This document shows positions 49,130 through 61,099 of a DNA stretch of 64,000 nt, piece by piece. The notes below the pieces were generated by a model. It was not told where the DNA came from. It saw nothing but the letters and a program-made list of their open reading frames with translations, and made no database searches. Location of the stretch: positions 39,494,001 through 39,558,000 of the forward strand of contig CM052818.1 in assembly GCA_028534125.1 (NCBI GenBank), given 5' to 3'. The position numbers were made by a program, and so were the translations under genes. How positions within the stretch are numbered: the stretch's first letter is position 1; the number at the start of each line of letters is the position of its first letter. The stretch is from Lama glama (lineage: Eukaryota).

Positions 49130-49725
49130 GGAGGGAGGGGCTGCGGAGGGAGGGGAGAGAGAAGGATGAGGACTGGGAACTACATTTGCAGTCACTAAGA
49201 GGCCGTGGGCGTCGATACCAACCGGGCTGCACATTCTCGCAGTGTCCCCTCCCACTGCGCACCGCCTGTGCGCATTTCCCACTGCGCACGTTCCACTGCG
49301 CACCTCCCACTGCGCATGCTCTGTAGGCCCCTGCGGGAGCCCACATTTCCCAAACCCCAAGTTTGTTCAAAGGGCATCTCTAACTTCAGCTTGTGGCCCG
49401 TCTCTTCCTAGGGCTCATACCTGAATCTGTGATGCCGGCTTGAGCATCAGCATCTGAGCGCGACACCGTCTGCCCGCCGTTCTAAGACCTCCCCTGCCTT
49501 TCTCACGAGAGCAGATTCCCTCTGCAAGAAGCTCGAGAAAATAACGAAGGAAAAAACCCTGAAACTGAAAAGTTACCCAGCCTCCAAATGACTGCCTTCA
49601 CCACAAAACAGAAATCCTTCAGGGCTCGGACTTCGGCAGTTCTCAGGCTCCAAGTTTGACTGCCCTGCATCCCAGCTCCAGGCTTCGCTGACCTGGCTTT
49701 CCCACCCCAGGCAATGCCGGTAAGG
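49130..49725. promoter_or_regulatory. Small CpG-rich promoter-like region with TGCGCA array and downstream splice donor
   Basis: Local CpG enrichment; degenerate ACTACAnnTCCC-type (ZNF143/THAP11-associated) motif near 49174-49192; five TGCGCA; plus-strand donor CCG|GTAAGG at 49719/49720. Confidence 0.6.
49248..49321. repeat. ~14-bp minisatellite of unit CCCACTGCGCAnnn, five copies
   Basis: TGCGCA starts at 49256, 49269, 49283, 49297, 49311 (spacing 13,14,14,14). Confidence 0.92.
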
Positions 49726-50394
49726 TCCCGAGTCCATTGTATGATAAATGATAGGTAATTTAACCTTAAAACAAAAGGCTTTTGGAGGAAGACAATATTA
49801 TGGAAATGATTTAAGCCAAATGCTTAAAACGCAAGTAAAAATGCCTCAGCTAATGGTTATTCATCTTCTGAAATAGGAACTTTTCTTAATTTTGAAAATA
49901 GTTAAAAGAAAGGAGCAAACCCACAATGAGAGTTGGCAAATTTCAAACTGAGTATTTAATTCTCACACGATTTAGGCCCAAATACTCCGCAATTTGTAGG
50001 CTTGTGAAGTTAAAATTCCTCAGACCACATGTTTTCTTGAGTTGCAAGATCATGACTAGGGGCTTACTAAGGATGTCTTCAGCAGCAAATATTTGTTGGG
50101 GGAAAAGCCTTGTTCTAAACATAAGACAGAAAGTGAAACTGATATTCTTCATGCATTTCTTTGAGTTACAGCCTGGTCTGGCATTCATTTAAACCAAATA
50201 TTGCTGCTGCTCTGCCTCTGCTGTGGCAGGACAAATCAGAAAGGGCCCAAGAATAATCCATAAACTGCAAGCATTCAAAACTGCTTGATGTGGATTCAGG
50301 CAGAACAGACTGGAGAACATCCCCGAATTACGTGTTCTGTGTTCAAAGAAACCACAATTTCTCTTCTCCTTTCCCCCACCCCCTCTTCACCAAA

Positions 50395-50580
50395 AGCAGC
50401 ATGTTATGATGACAGGAGTATGGGCTTGGGGAAATCAATGTCTGAGGTTCGAATCTTGGCTCCTTTGTATGCTAACTATGAGATCCTGGATAAGTTACTT
50501 GGTTTCGAAGTCTCGGTTTGATCGTTTGTAAAATAGGGCAAATTATTCCCACCTTTCCAAGTCGCTATGAATATTACAAT
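50395..50580 (+). mobile_element. MIR SINE
   Basis: 'ggttcgaatcttggctcc...ctggataagttactt...tctcggtttgatcgtttgtaaaataggg'. Confidence 0.8.
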
Positions 50581-51049
50581 AGTTCCCAGTGGGAAAGCCT
50601 CTAGTACGGCTGCTGGAATATGGAAGGTATTTGATAGGCATCCTTTGATTTCTGCACCATAGAATTCTGTTTCTTCGTTATTTGTGTAGTTGGGCTATAA
50701 AGAAACAGAAGGATCTTCTGGAGCTTATGGTGGAAAATGAGTCTCGTCCATTCCACTGGCTCATTCCTACTGATTGTGACCAAAGGGCACTGGGAAATTT
50801 TATGGCACTAGGGGACATGTTGCCTTTGATCCTGCAGATCAGAAGAGGTAGGGAAGAACTGACTTCAGCTACAGCCTGGTCTGGCAGACTGCAAAGAGCA
50901 CAGCACTTAAGTCTGTGAAAAAGGTTTTATCTTCACAGATTTTTCTCTCAATGCTTCGCCTTCATGTCTAAACACCTTGTGGACTCTCTGCCTTCTACTG
51001 ACCATCGTTCTGAAGTTTGACGCTCTTTACTGCTTGCTCTTGTGTCTGG

Positions 51050-51590
51050 CTCCAGATAAGAGACAGTGATCAGACTTCCACTTAACTTACTCTACCCCCT
51101 ACTGACTTGAGCAACTCTCTGACCTCACTGAGATGCCCAGTCCATCAACACTCATACGTTATCACTACTCCCACCTTCCTCATGGCTCAGTTCCCTCCTG
51201 ACCAAGCACTCTGGCTCCTTGTCGGCATCATCTCCACTCCCTTGCAAATTTCGTACCCACTCTTCCTCCTTTTTCCTCCATATCATACTTGCCCAGAAAC
51301 CCCCAACCTGGTTAAGCCCAGCTGTCTACTTACACTGAGTCATACCTGAGCATCTGGACAGTGCTAGAGTGAAAAAAAACCCCAACAAAAAACCACTTGA
51401 TGACTGTGCTGGTTGTACTCTCTTTAAATTAATGGTCACAGATCTCAAATTTTATACCTTCTCTTACCTATAAAAACTCCAAAAGACATTTACTTTAAGC
51501 TGATGAGCTGGCCTCAATCATAGAGAAAAAACAGATGTGTTGCTGCTCCTGTATAAAGCCAGACCCTACTGCTGTGTTCTGGAGAAGCCA
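51050..51590 (+). mobile_element. L2 internal (ORF2-derived) fragment
   Basis: Pyrimidine-rich tract with 'cagaaacccccaacctggttaagccca', resembling the L2 KPQPW region. Confidence 0.55.
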
Positions 51591-52719
51591 CAGTATATAT
51601 AGCTGGATAAATGATGTGTTGTCTTCAGCAATGGATGGATTAAAATAGAGTCCCATTCTACATTTAAGCCCAAATCAGAATAATTCTAATCCTCACCCCC
51701 TTTTCAAAGTTTGTCAGTTGGGGATTAAGTCCCCTCAAATCATGTCAGTTTTTCTCAGACGCCAGTGACATCTGCCAAGTTCTTTTTTTCTATCCTATGC
51801 CTTTTGCCTTCAGAACCACCTGAAGGTGGCTCATGGCTGCCAGGACTGATGGTGACCACTGTGAGGACACCAAGGTCTGTTTCAGAGGTGACTTTGCTGC
51901 AGCCTCTTAAGTTCACTCATCTCTGGGAGTTAAAGCCCTTCTGATTCTCTGCAGGGATGGGAAGCACCTCTTCTATGTCCCTGAAAGCTGGTGGTCTCAG
52001 TTGTTGTCCATCCTGCCTACTTCTGGGTTACTTCTAGTTACTAAATACTCACGGTTGCCTTCCCGCTTAAAGAGCTTTTATTCCTCCTCCTAGAAAAAAA
52101 GCAAACATGGGATTAATTAGTGTTTTGGTACTGTTTTGTGAAAACAGAAAGTCAGAGGGCAGTCTTCCAGATATAATATCCACTCCCCCAGTGATGTATG
52201 ATGAAAGTCTGCTGAATCTGGGTAAAATTTAGGTGGTTTCTCTGAGCCTCATCCTTATTGGGGTGTCATGCGTTAGAAGTACAGTTGCTGACACTCCCAT
52301 TTAAAGGGCTGGGCTCTGCTCCTCATTTGTTAAATGAAAAGGGTTGAACTAGAAAGATTTTTAAGCGTTATTTCTACCTCTGGAATTTTACTTTTAAGAA
52401 ACATCTTGAATGATACCAGGCATAAAAATCTTTTAAAAATGTTTTAAGATCCTTGAATAGAAAATCCCAAGGAAGCATGCCAGAGGGCCCTGAATTTGAG
52501 TCTTCAACACTCCATTGGTTTCCTGGTACAAAAGCCAGTCTATGAAATAATCAAGACATGTATGTTCTAATATATCACAGCTGATTAAGGCAGGAGGCAA
52601 CACTTTTGCATGTGTTCCCCAGACATGTCAGGGGGAAACAGAACAATTCAAGGCTGGGGTGGTGCTGGTGGGTGGTCCTCCCCTCAAATAGTGATATAAA
52701 AACCAACCTAGGTGCTGAT

Positions 52720-52900
52720 TCTAATTGAAGACGCCAAGTATGTGACCTTGGGCATATCTCTGAGCCACGGTTTCCTCCCTTGTAAAATAGGAATAAAAAT
52801 AATTCTCACCTCTGGTTGTTTTGAGGATTGAATGAGAATTGAATATGTAGAGTTCTTAGCGCATGGAAGTGCTTCATATGCTATCAACAATAATAATAGC
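52720..52900 (+). mobile_element. MIR fragment
   Basis: 'tgtgaccttgggca...ctgagccacggtttcctcccttgtaaaataggaata...ttgttttgaggattgaatgag'. Confidence 0.85.
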
Positions 52901-53509
52901 AAGCTTTTATTATGACTGTTGAGTATCAAGATGAGAGATTGAAGGAGGGTTTCTTTAAGGCTGATGATAGGTTCTGGGGTCCAGGGGCCTTTGCTAATAC
53001 TCCGGATGTCACGTATATGGGCAGCTACTTCTGTTTGGTAAGCTTAACCCTAGTTTTCGGCCTTACTTCCTGCCTTCTCTAGGCCCTTATGGCTTCTCTG
53101 CCTCAGAGTCACCCTCCAAGAAGACCTCATCTTCACTATTTCTGGTGCTGGGCTGAAGGGGAACCAAAGATGGTGGCCCTGGATGCCTGGGAAAGGCGGT
53201 GCAGGATGCATGCTCCGCTCACACCAGAGCACTGAAGACAGCAGAAGGGGCTTTGCTCATAAACGTAAATCCCAGCTTGGTTTGAAAAGGTCTCCATGTT
53301 CTCTTTCTGGGCCCGGGTCCCTGTGTCTCTTGGCAGCTTGAGCCGTTGAAGAGCGTACCCAGCGTCCCAGCAGATTTCTCAGCGGCTGTGCTGCCTCTTG
53401 GACCCCTGTCTTCTGACTGAGTCACGTAAATCCTGAAGACTCTGAGCTGCCAATCCCTTGTCCATAGCATCCTTGGCCTTCGGACTGAGAACTAGCCTCG
53501 TGACTTTGT

Positions 53510-53660
53510 AGAAGCAGAAAGAGTGTTGGATTTGACCTTGGGAGATCTGGATTCAAATCTCAGCTCTGCCGTTCAGTAGTGACCACGTGACCTTGGGCAG
53601 AGAGAGTTACCTTCCTGAACCTCAGTTTCTAATGAGTGAAATGAGGATGATAATATTGTC
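53510..53660 (+). mobile_element. MIR fragment
   Basis: 'gattcaaatctcagctctgcc...gtgaccttgggca...ctgaacctcagtttc'. Confidence 0.85.
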
Positions 53661-53699
53661 TGGGGTGGGGTAGAAAACCATTTCTTGGTGAAAATACCC

Positions 53700-53930
53700 T
53701 GATAAACCTTGAAGTAAAAAGAGAGTTATACAGTGTTATGTCCAGTATGATCACATTTTTGGAAAAGTAAAATACACATGCACAGAAAAAAAGCCGAAAA
53801 GGCTATTCACCAAAATGTATGGCGTTATCTCTGGGTAATAAAATGGTAAGTGATTTGTAATTATTTTCTTTGAGAATTATTGTTTTTAGAACCATACATT
53901 AATATGCAAGAGGAAAATGAAAGGTATTTC
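53700..53930 (+). mobile_element. L1ME-like 3' UTR fragment
   Basis: 'cagtatgatcacattttt...caccaaaatgtatggcgttatctctgggt'. Confidence 0.6.
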
Positions 53931-54959
53931 CTTTTTTTTTTTTAAAAAAAGATATATTTTCCTCAAGGTTTTATCAGTTTAATAGGAGGAGATGCACAAA
54001 TCTCTCTAAGGCACTCAGGGACTAGGTGAATTGCAAAAGCTGGGCTAGTGGTGTCAGACTTTCTCGAATCACTGCAGGGAAGAGGTGAGAAAGCCTTCAG
54101 CAAGGAAATGAAACTTCAGCTATGTCTTAAGATGACAGAGAAAGCCAGGCACATTTGGTGAATTTAAGTAGGTAACAGGTGGCTCCCAGCATCATTAGCT
54201 CAGCATTCCAAAGTGGTAGTGGCCAAAACCAATAAATTCTTTTTAAACATCTCTTATGTGCTGGATCTTGTGACAATTTTGTCCTAGTCCCTGTGAATTT
54301 ATGTTTTTTAAATAAGATACCAGGAATCTTTTAAACATTAGAATTAAGAATTTGGCAAATATAAAATGCATCCCTCCAAAAGCAGTGTTCATGTAACTGT
54401 TGTGTAGATGTACCCCCTTACACATATATTTATGTATTCATTTTCTTTCTTGTCGGTTGCTATAAATCTTAAAACTGCGGCATGAGAGAGGAAGAGTTCA
54501 GATTCACTTGAAGCAGTAGTTCTGAGACAGCACACAGAGAAGAAGACAAAAAAAATGCACTCTCTGAAAAGTAGTTTCCCTGGAGCTTGGGAACAACCAC
54601 TGGGCATGCTCCCCCTTGATCTGATGCTGGGAGTTCCCAGTGCGAAGGGAGGGGCTGTCTGGTGACACGGAGCAGCTTGGTTTGATCAGCAATGCCAGTC
54701 CACCCGAAGAACATGCGCCACTGAGGTCTCCGTTTCTCTGTCTGATCAGTTTTAGATATAAATGGTTACAAAATGTTCTAGGGCAGCCAAGGGAGATCAT
54801 GAAAGATCAAGCAATCTGCATGGGGGGAGGAGGTGGGCACAGCTGGGAGTCACCAAGCAGATTTGGGGGTCTTCAGTGAAGGGCCCCGTCTCCCTGTTCA
54901 GGTTTATCTCGGGTCCCTTCTCCCTGCACTTAGCTCACAGCCAATCTGAGCTACTGAAT

Positions 54960-55825
54960 ATGTAAATGTGTTCTTAAGTATTTCCATATAATGTGTTTCT
55001 TTGCCTTCTTCTGGCAAACTTTTTCATCACTGATATCTCTGCTCAAGCTCCCTTCCCTAATTCTTGCTTGCCTGCTGCTTTTGTTTCACAATTTCTTGCA
55101 GTTTTAAAAATGGAAGTTATTTCTTACCTCTTTGAATATTCTTAACACAATTATTTTGAAGTCTTCTAAAAAGACTGTTCCATGAAATTAACTTCATCTG
55201 GTGTGAATTCCTGCTCTGATCTTATTGGCTGTCTTTGGAGCATTACTTTTCTTGCTGCGTTTTGGCATTTGGATATGCAGTCTCACTTTGCATGTGATGT
55301 TTTTGTTTATTATTTTCTCTTCTTCTGTGGCTCATCCAGGGGGTTTCCCTCAGTTGTCCCCGGTCCAGAGTGAAATCTAATGAGAGTTTGGGTTTTCTGC
55401 TCCAGAGTGGCATGGGGATGTTCCAGACCTAGTCTCCAGGCCAGTGGGCACTTTGGTTCTGTTGCTAGTCATAGGGCACTTCTTTCTGTAGCATTCCTGG
55501 GTCCCGTGAAATGGTGGTCCCAGATGGTTGGGAGAAACAGGTTTTTCTTGGCAAGAAGATGGTGTGGAATCTTGTTCCAGCCCTGCCTTTAAGGAGAGAC
55601 TCTGCCTGTAACACCCATCCCGACACATCTGCTTCCACAAGCCTGCAGCTCAGCCAGCTTGTCACGGGATGTTTCTGTTCCACTTTGAGTCCATCACGAA
55701 TATATCACAGTTTCCATAGTGATTCTGCCTTTTTGTTCCCCATTTTGCATTTCCTCTGCCATTGCTCTGTATTGTGAACAGAGAGGGTATGTAGGCTTTG
55801 AAGTAACTATGCCGTCTTGACCAAG
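54960..55825 (-). mobile_element. Very old L1/HAL1-like 5'/ORF1 fragment
   Basis: T-rich tract 'tctttgaatattcttaacacaattattttgaagtc...cttcatctggtgtgaattc' ending near 'gccgtcttgacc'. Family uncertain. Confidence 0.45.
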
Positions 55826-56929
55826 TGGGTCTTCTCCTTTGAGTTGCTGAGTGGTTTCATATGTCTGGAAATTATTCTTGGGTAGAGGTCATGTTCCACT
55901 CAGTTCCAGACAGGAAGACCTTGCTGGAGTTTTTACTTGTCCTCTGAGTTCCAATAATTAGTGTAAGAGAGGACTGGAGACAGAGATATGGCCATCAGTG
56001 TGGGAATGTCACTTCTGCTCTGGAGTAGCTTGCCAGTCTGCTACCTTGAAAGTCCGAAGCCGGCTGCATAAGCAAATCCCTCTCCAACTGGTTAGTGTGT
56101 CCTGGGTCCAGCTCCTGCCGTACATAGCAGGCTGTGAGGGCAGCCCTAGCGGCCAGAGCTAGAGGAGTCCTCCTCCTCACCAGCTGCTCGGTTGCTTCTT
56201 TGCATCTCTAGTCCTTGCTCTGATCAAGGGGATGTTTGGGAGACTGGAGGCAGGGAGGGGGCAGAGGCTGTGTGATGGTCCACCGGCTCCATGGCAGGAC
56301 TTTGCACCTGGGTGGTGGGTGGCAGCAGACGGGCAGGCACTTCCCCGATGCCCTTACTCTACTCTTGCCTACACAGCAAACTGCTCAAATGCCCCAAGGA
56401 CTTGGGTCAATGTGTGGCTCCCATCTCTAATGTAGACTTTCCTTATGATGCTGCTTTCATCATTTCAGAAGGGAATTGGGTGAAGGAGGAATTTAAGCTA
56501 CATCATATCTTGAAAGTATGCTTGACGTTATGTCTTACATGCCTTTGCACACCTTGCAGGACCTAGGACAGGACTGGGAATAATGATGGCCATTCAGATC
56601 TTACTTGATTAATTGGAAGTCCAGATGATTTTCCAATTTGAAAACAAAAAGCTGTTTCTCTTTGCAACAAATAGATGCAAACACACAATGTGTAGCCAGT
56701 TCTATAGTCTTCTCTAAACTGCCAGCCCCTTCTGGGATGCCCTCTGTTTTTGTCAGGAAAGACACTCTGTTTTTGACAAGTGACAGACACCCAGGAGAAT
56801 TGATCTGCTCCTGTGACTTAAGGATCCAGAAGTGAAACAGGTCACAGGCACGCCACTAGGGCCCTCTCTTCCTTTTCCTAATTCTACTTTCCTGCTAAGC
56901 TGGCTTCATTCTTTTCTGCTGTTGGAGAC

Positions 56930-57135
56930 AATAGAATACAGTGGTTAAGAGGATAGCTCTGGAGGCAGACTGCTGTGTGACCTTTAACAAGTTAATTAAC
57001 CTCTCTGGGACTTGGTTTCATCTTCTAGAGAAATACCATGATGATGATAATCCACTCATGAGTTGCTGCAAAGCTTACATTGGCGAGTGTGTGTTAACCT
57101 TTAGGGCAGTGCCTGGTCCACAGTAAGCACTGTGT
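56930..57135 (+). mobile_element. MIR SINE
   Basis: 'cagtggttaagaggatagctctggaggcagactgc...gtgcctggtccacagtaagcact'. Confidence 0.85.
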
Positions 57136-57427
57136 GAGATTCGCTCTTGATAATGTTGTTTTCTCTCTACAGATTGGGGAAAGGGACATGGCCTTAGATG
57201 GTTGCAGAGTTACATCATCGCAGCCCAGAGGAAAGAAGTTTTCTTTTGTCAGCATCCATGTACACAGGTCTCTGGGGGAATCTCATTTGCTCTTCTTGGT
57301 TCACATGCCCAGACCTTGAACCGGTTGTCATAGCCAGGGTTGATGGTTGCTGTGACTGACCGCTCCACCATAATTATAGGGACTGGGGACCAACAGCTCC
57401 CCAAAGAGGCAGGAAGCATTTTACTGG

Positions 57428-58440
57428 TTCACTCATCCATTTATTCACTGCGTGTTGATTACTTGTCTGTTATGGGCCAGGCCCAGTTCTAAGCCTTGCG
57501 GTTATAGCAGTGGCGAGAGAAGAGTTCTCTGCCCTTACGGAACTTAATATCCTGCTGATAGTAAGAGAAGTCACACAGTGTACAAATAACTGAAAGGAAA
57601 TATTGGATGTGATAAGTGCTATGTTTCATATAAAATAAGGAGATGTCTGGGAGGGCGACTCGGGGGTGGTCAGAAAAGGCATCTCTTGAGTAGGCCACCT
57701 GAGGAAGAAGCCGAGGTCTGCGTGCCAAGGAGGAGCCACCACCCGCAGATCTGTAGGAAGAGTGTTCCAGGAGGGTGGAGCAGCTAGTGCAGCGGTCCCA
57801 AGGCAGGGAGGAGCTCTGCACGTTTGAGAATGAGAGAGGCAGAAAGTGTGGCTGGAGCTCGCTAAGGCGAGGGAGAGGGCTGTGCAGCCAGGTTGGATGG
57901 AGAGACATGGCCAGGCAGACTTCACTGATGCTCTTAAGAAACTGATGTTGTCCAAGTTGCTGTGAAGGAAGGCAGGAGTGAAAGCCGGATAGGAGTCAGG
58001 AGGCTGCCCCAGTGTCAGGTGAGGAATGGTGGTGGCGTGGCCGGGAGCCAGTGGGGGTGTGTCCAGTTACAACTGGAAGCCGGGTGGGCAGGACTGGCCG
58101 ACAGGTTGGACGTGGGGAAGGGAATCGGGAATGACATCTGGGCTTATGTTTTGAGTTGAGTGGATAATGGTGTCCTTTTGAAAGAAGGGGAAGTTTGGAG
58201 GGGGAAAGAGAATCTAGAGTTCTGTGTTAGATTTGCTAAGTTGACTGTTTCTAGGCGATAACCAGGTGGAGATGAGTAGGCACTTAAAAACATGCTTCTG
58301 AAATTCGGGGGAGAGAGCGGGGCTGGGATTGGAGTCATCAGCAGGTAGATGAAATTAAAATTGTGGGCGAGATGTGATCATTGCAGAAGTGAGTGAAGAT
58401 GGACAGCAGAAGAGAAGAGGCGCCGGGACAGAGCTCGGGA
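57428..58440 (-). mobile_element. L2 3' ~1 kb
   Basis: Antisense tail 'ttcactcatccatttattca', then 'ggtggtcagaaaaggcatctct...agagtgttccagg...gatttgctaagttg...ggagtcatcagc'. Confidence 0.85.
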
Positions 58441-59764
58441 TGAGGAGGAAGGGAAAGCTGGGTAGAGTAAAAGAATGCTGTCCGCTCCCTTTTCTGAGAA
58501 AGGTAAGGCATCTTTGGAGGAAGATTCTACATGAGAGGCTTGGCCAGAAAGAGAAGGGAAAGAATTCCTTTGGTCCTCCTGCTGGCTTACCTTCTCCTGG
58601 CCACCTGAGTGTTCCTGAAGCAGAACTGTTGAGCTTTGAACAATCTTGCTTAACTTTCTCAGGCATTAGTTTTATTAGTTAATTGATCTTTGCTCCAACT
58701 CTTTTGGGACATCTTATTTTTGTTACGATTGCCATGGTTTTGCATCTTTCAAGAGTTACTCAAGATTGATGAGCTCTGGATTTGCATACTGTTCTCATGG
58801 GGGGGGCCTCTGGAGGTCCTGCTTTGATAGGGAGGCTTGAGGGGCCAGGGAAGAGATGACTGGAACTCTGCCCCCTCGTTTCAACAACACAGTTGTACAT
58901 TTTGCTGTTTTACACACAGCAGTCCATAGGGGATTATATTAAGTCATTTGAAGATAGAATTTGCAGAAGTGTGAAAGCCTCTATGGTGGAATATCAGCTT
59001 GTTGAAGGCAGAGCCCCGCTTGGCACCTGGTGGACTCTCAGTAAGCTTTTGCTGAATGAAGTCCTAGCGGGAGTCTGAAGGCTTCAAGGGTAGCAGCCCT
59101 AACACAGAGGCTGCGTTCCACAGGGATGCAGGTTCTTAGCCTCTAATTGTACATCAGAGGTGATCACTGTGGCTGCAAAAACTTCCTATGCAGCATGGAA
59201 ACAATTACATTAAAATGCAGTTGGAAATTCCAGTAATCTCCTTGGAGTAGACAAATAAAATTTGAAATCATTTACAAATGATGCACCAAATCTGTGAGGC
59301 ATCTGCTCATGGTAGGGGGAAAATAGGTTTCTTCCAAGACACTTTCCACGTGATGACACTGCTGCGTTCTCGTGATGAGGAAGGAAAACAGGAGGAGCTG
59401 GTTGGGCTGGCCCCATATTGGACCTGGAGTCCGGGCATCCTCAGTGTGTGTGAGGATGCTGAGAGCTGGTCCTCCTGTCCTGCGCCAGCCTCTCACTCCT
59501 TGGAAACTGTTCTGGTGTGAGATGGGGATAGGCATGTTGGCCACCACTCAGCTCCTGGGAGGATGTTTTCTCAGCTTTGCCTTTGCGAGGCTAGTGACAG
59601 GAAGCTGCCCTTTGACGGGCTTTGATGACAAGCCAAGAAGCTAGGAGAGCCTGTCCCAGACACACTCTTGCCACAGCCTTATGCTTGGCCCCCAAGCCAA
59701 GAAGGAGGCGATTCAGAGTGGCCACGTTGTATATGAGGGCACATTCCTGAAGGCCTTGCCTAAT

Positions 59765-59872
59765 TCAAATCTTACATAATTCAAGACTAATTTTCCTATG
59801 AATAACTCTTTGATAAATAAAATTATTAGAGTGTATAAAATAGAATGCATTTTTGAATTGTGTGAATTTTGA
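59765..59872. mobile_element. MITE-like inverted repeat (20-bp arms, 16/20 match)
   Basis: 59765-59784 tcaaatcttacataattcaa vs reverse complement of 59853-59872 tcaaaattcacacaattcaa. Confidence 0.6.
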
Positions 59873-59979
59873 CTTCTGGAGTCTGGGGTATATTATAGGA
59901 CATTCCTAGGCAGCCATGCCAGCAGAAAAATTTCCATTGTCCTTGACTATATATGACTATTTTTTTTGCAGACTTAAAG

Positions 59980-60500
59980 GTGCAACTGCTTTAGTGCTGC
60001 TTTTACTTTTCTAGCATTTTCTGTGATCATTGTCTTAGTGCTGCCTGCTAAATTAACAGTGGTGGTTGTCTGGTTTTCTTCATAGAACATTATCGCATTT
60101 CATTTCTGTTCCAAAGTATTATTACTCCTAGCATTATCATCACTTAATGAGTGCTTGGATGATATTGTTCTAAGATATAAAAAAGATTTCAAGTTATAAT
60201 AATAGTAAATGTTGAAGAACCCACACAAGTTGTGAGTGCAAATACAACAGCATGATTTACGGGTTATTGTTAAAAGATGGTGAGCTGTTCTGCTTAATGG
60301 CTAAAACGGTTCTAACATGTGATTTTAATGTGAAACATGATTTATAATTTCTTCAGCCAGATAGCTTGGAAATGATGTGATCCCAGAGGAATTTTCAAAA
60401 AAAATTGGAGGATTCACATTGTTTCAAAATTTGTGTACAAAGTTAATTTTTAAAATTTTGTGCTATTTCGTATTTGAAGAATTCAGCTTCACATAACATC
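59980..60500 (+). mobile_element. Probable decayed Tigger/pogo-type transposase fossil
   Basis: Broken translation KVLLLLALSSLNECLDDIVL...FKL** and DFNVKHDL*FL..AW(N)DV follows the order of pogo DDE motifs (FLPPNTTSxxQPLDQGVI..FKxYY..FNIxDA..AWxxV). Confidence 0.45.
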
Positions 60501-60504
60501 CATG

Positions 60505-60720
60505 CTATTATTATCTAGGATTCTTTGGGTTGTAGGTTATGGAACAGCTAACTCAAAATCTCTTAAATAAATGAGGGAATGTATTGTAAGGATACTAAAG
60601 TATCTCAGAGAAACCTCAGAGCCCCATACCTGGGCTTCAGAAACAGCTGGAACCAGGGACTTCAAAGCTGCCAGTGTTTCTTCCTTCTGTTATTTTGCTT
60701 TTGTTCCTGCAAAACTGGCT
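60505..60720 (-). mobile_element. Old MaLR LTR fragment (MLT1J/K-like)
   Basis: 'taggattctttgggttgtagg...aactcaaaatctcttaaataaa..agggaatgtattg'. Confidence 0.6.
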
Positions 60721-61099
60721 GCACCATTTGTGGAGTTCCTGTGCAAAGGGAAATGCGGGCCCCCTGTTCAAAAAGCAGAAAAAAAGATTTTCCTTGTTTC
60801 CATACTCTTTCTTTAAACCTAATGTGGGTTTTACTTGCTATTTAGTTTCCCTCTCTCTAGGTCAAGGGGCTACTAGCAGGGCAAGTGCAGCCCTCATTTA
60901 GTGTGGGCACTGTGACTTTTGCCTGAGATGCACGTACCCCCAACTCTTCCTGTGTGGATTGGAGAGAAGGGTAGCAGGGGGTCACTGAGTAGAGGCAGGG
61001 GAGGGGACAGCCCAGAATCCATTCAGGGGAGTCAGGGAGGTGGCAGTAGGCGCTAAGCCTCTGATGCATGACCCATTGTCCCCCATCGGACTGTGTTAC

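Noticed and set aside
49248-49321. CRISPR-like array
   Set aside because: The period is only 14 bp with no unique spacers, and the DNA is mammalian.
59950-60085. Plus-strand exon after the acceptor-like tttttttttgcag
   Set aside because: All frames close quickly, there is no nearby donor, and it lies in a probable transposon fossil.
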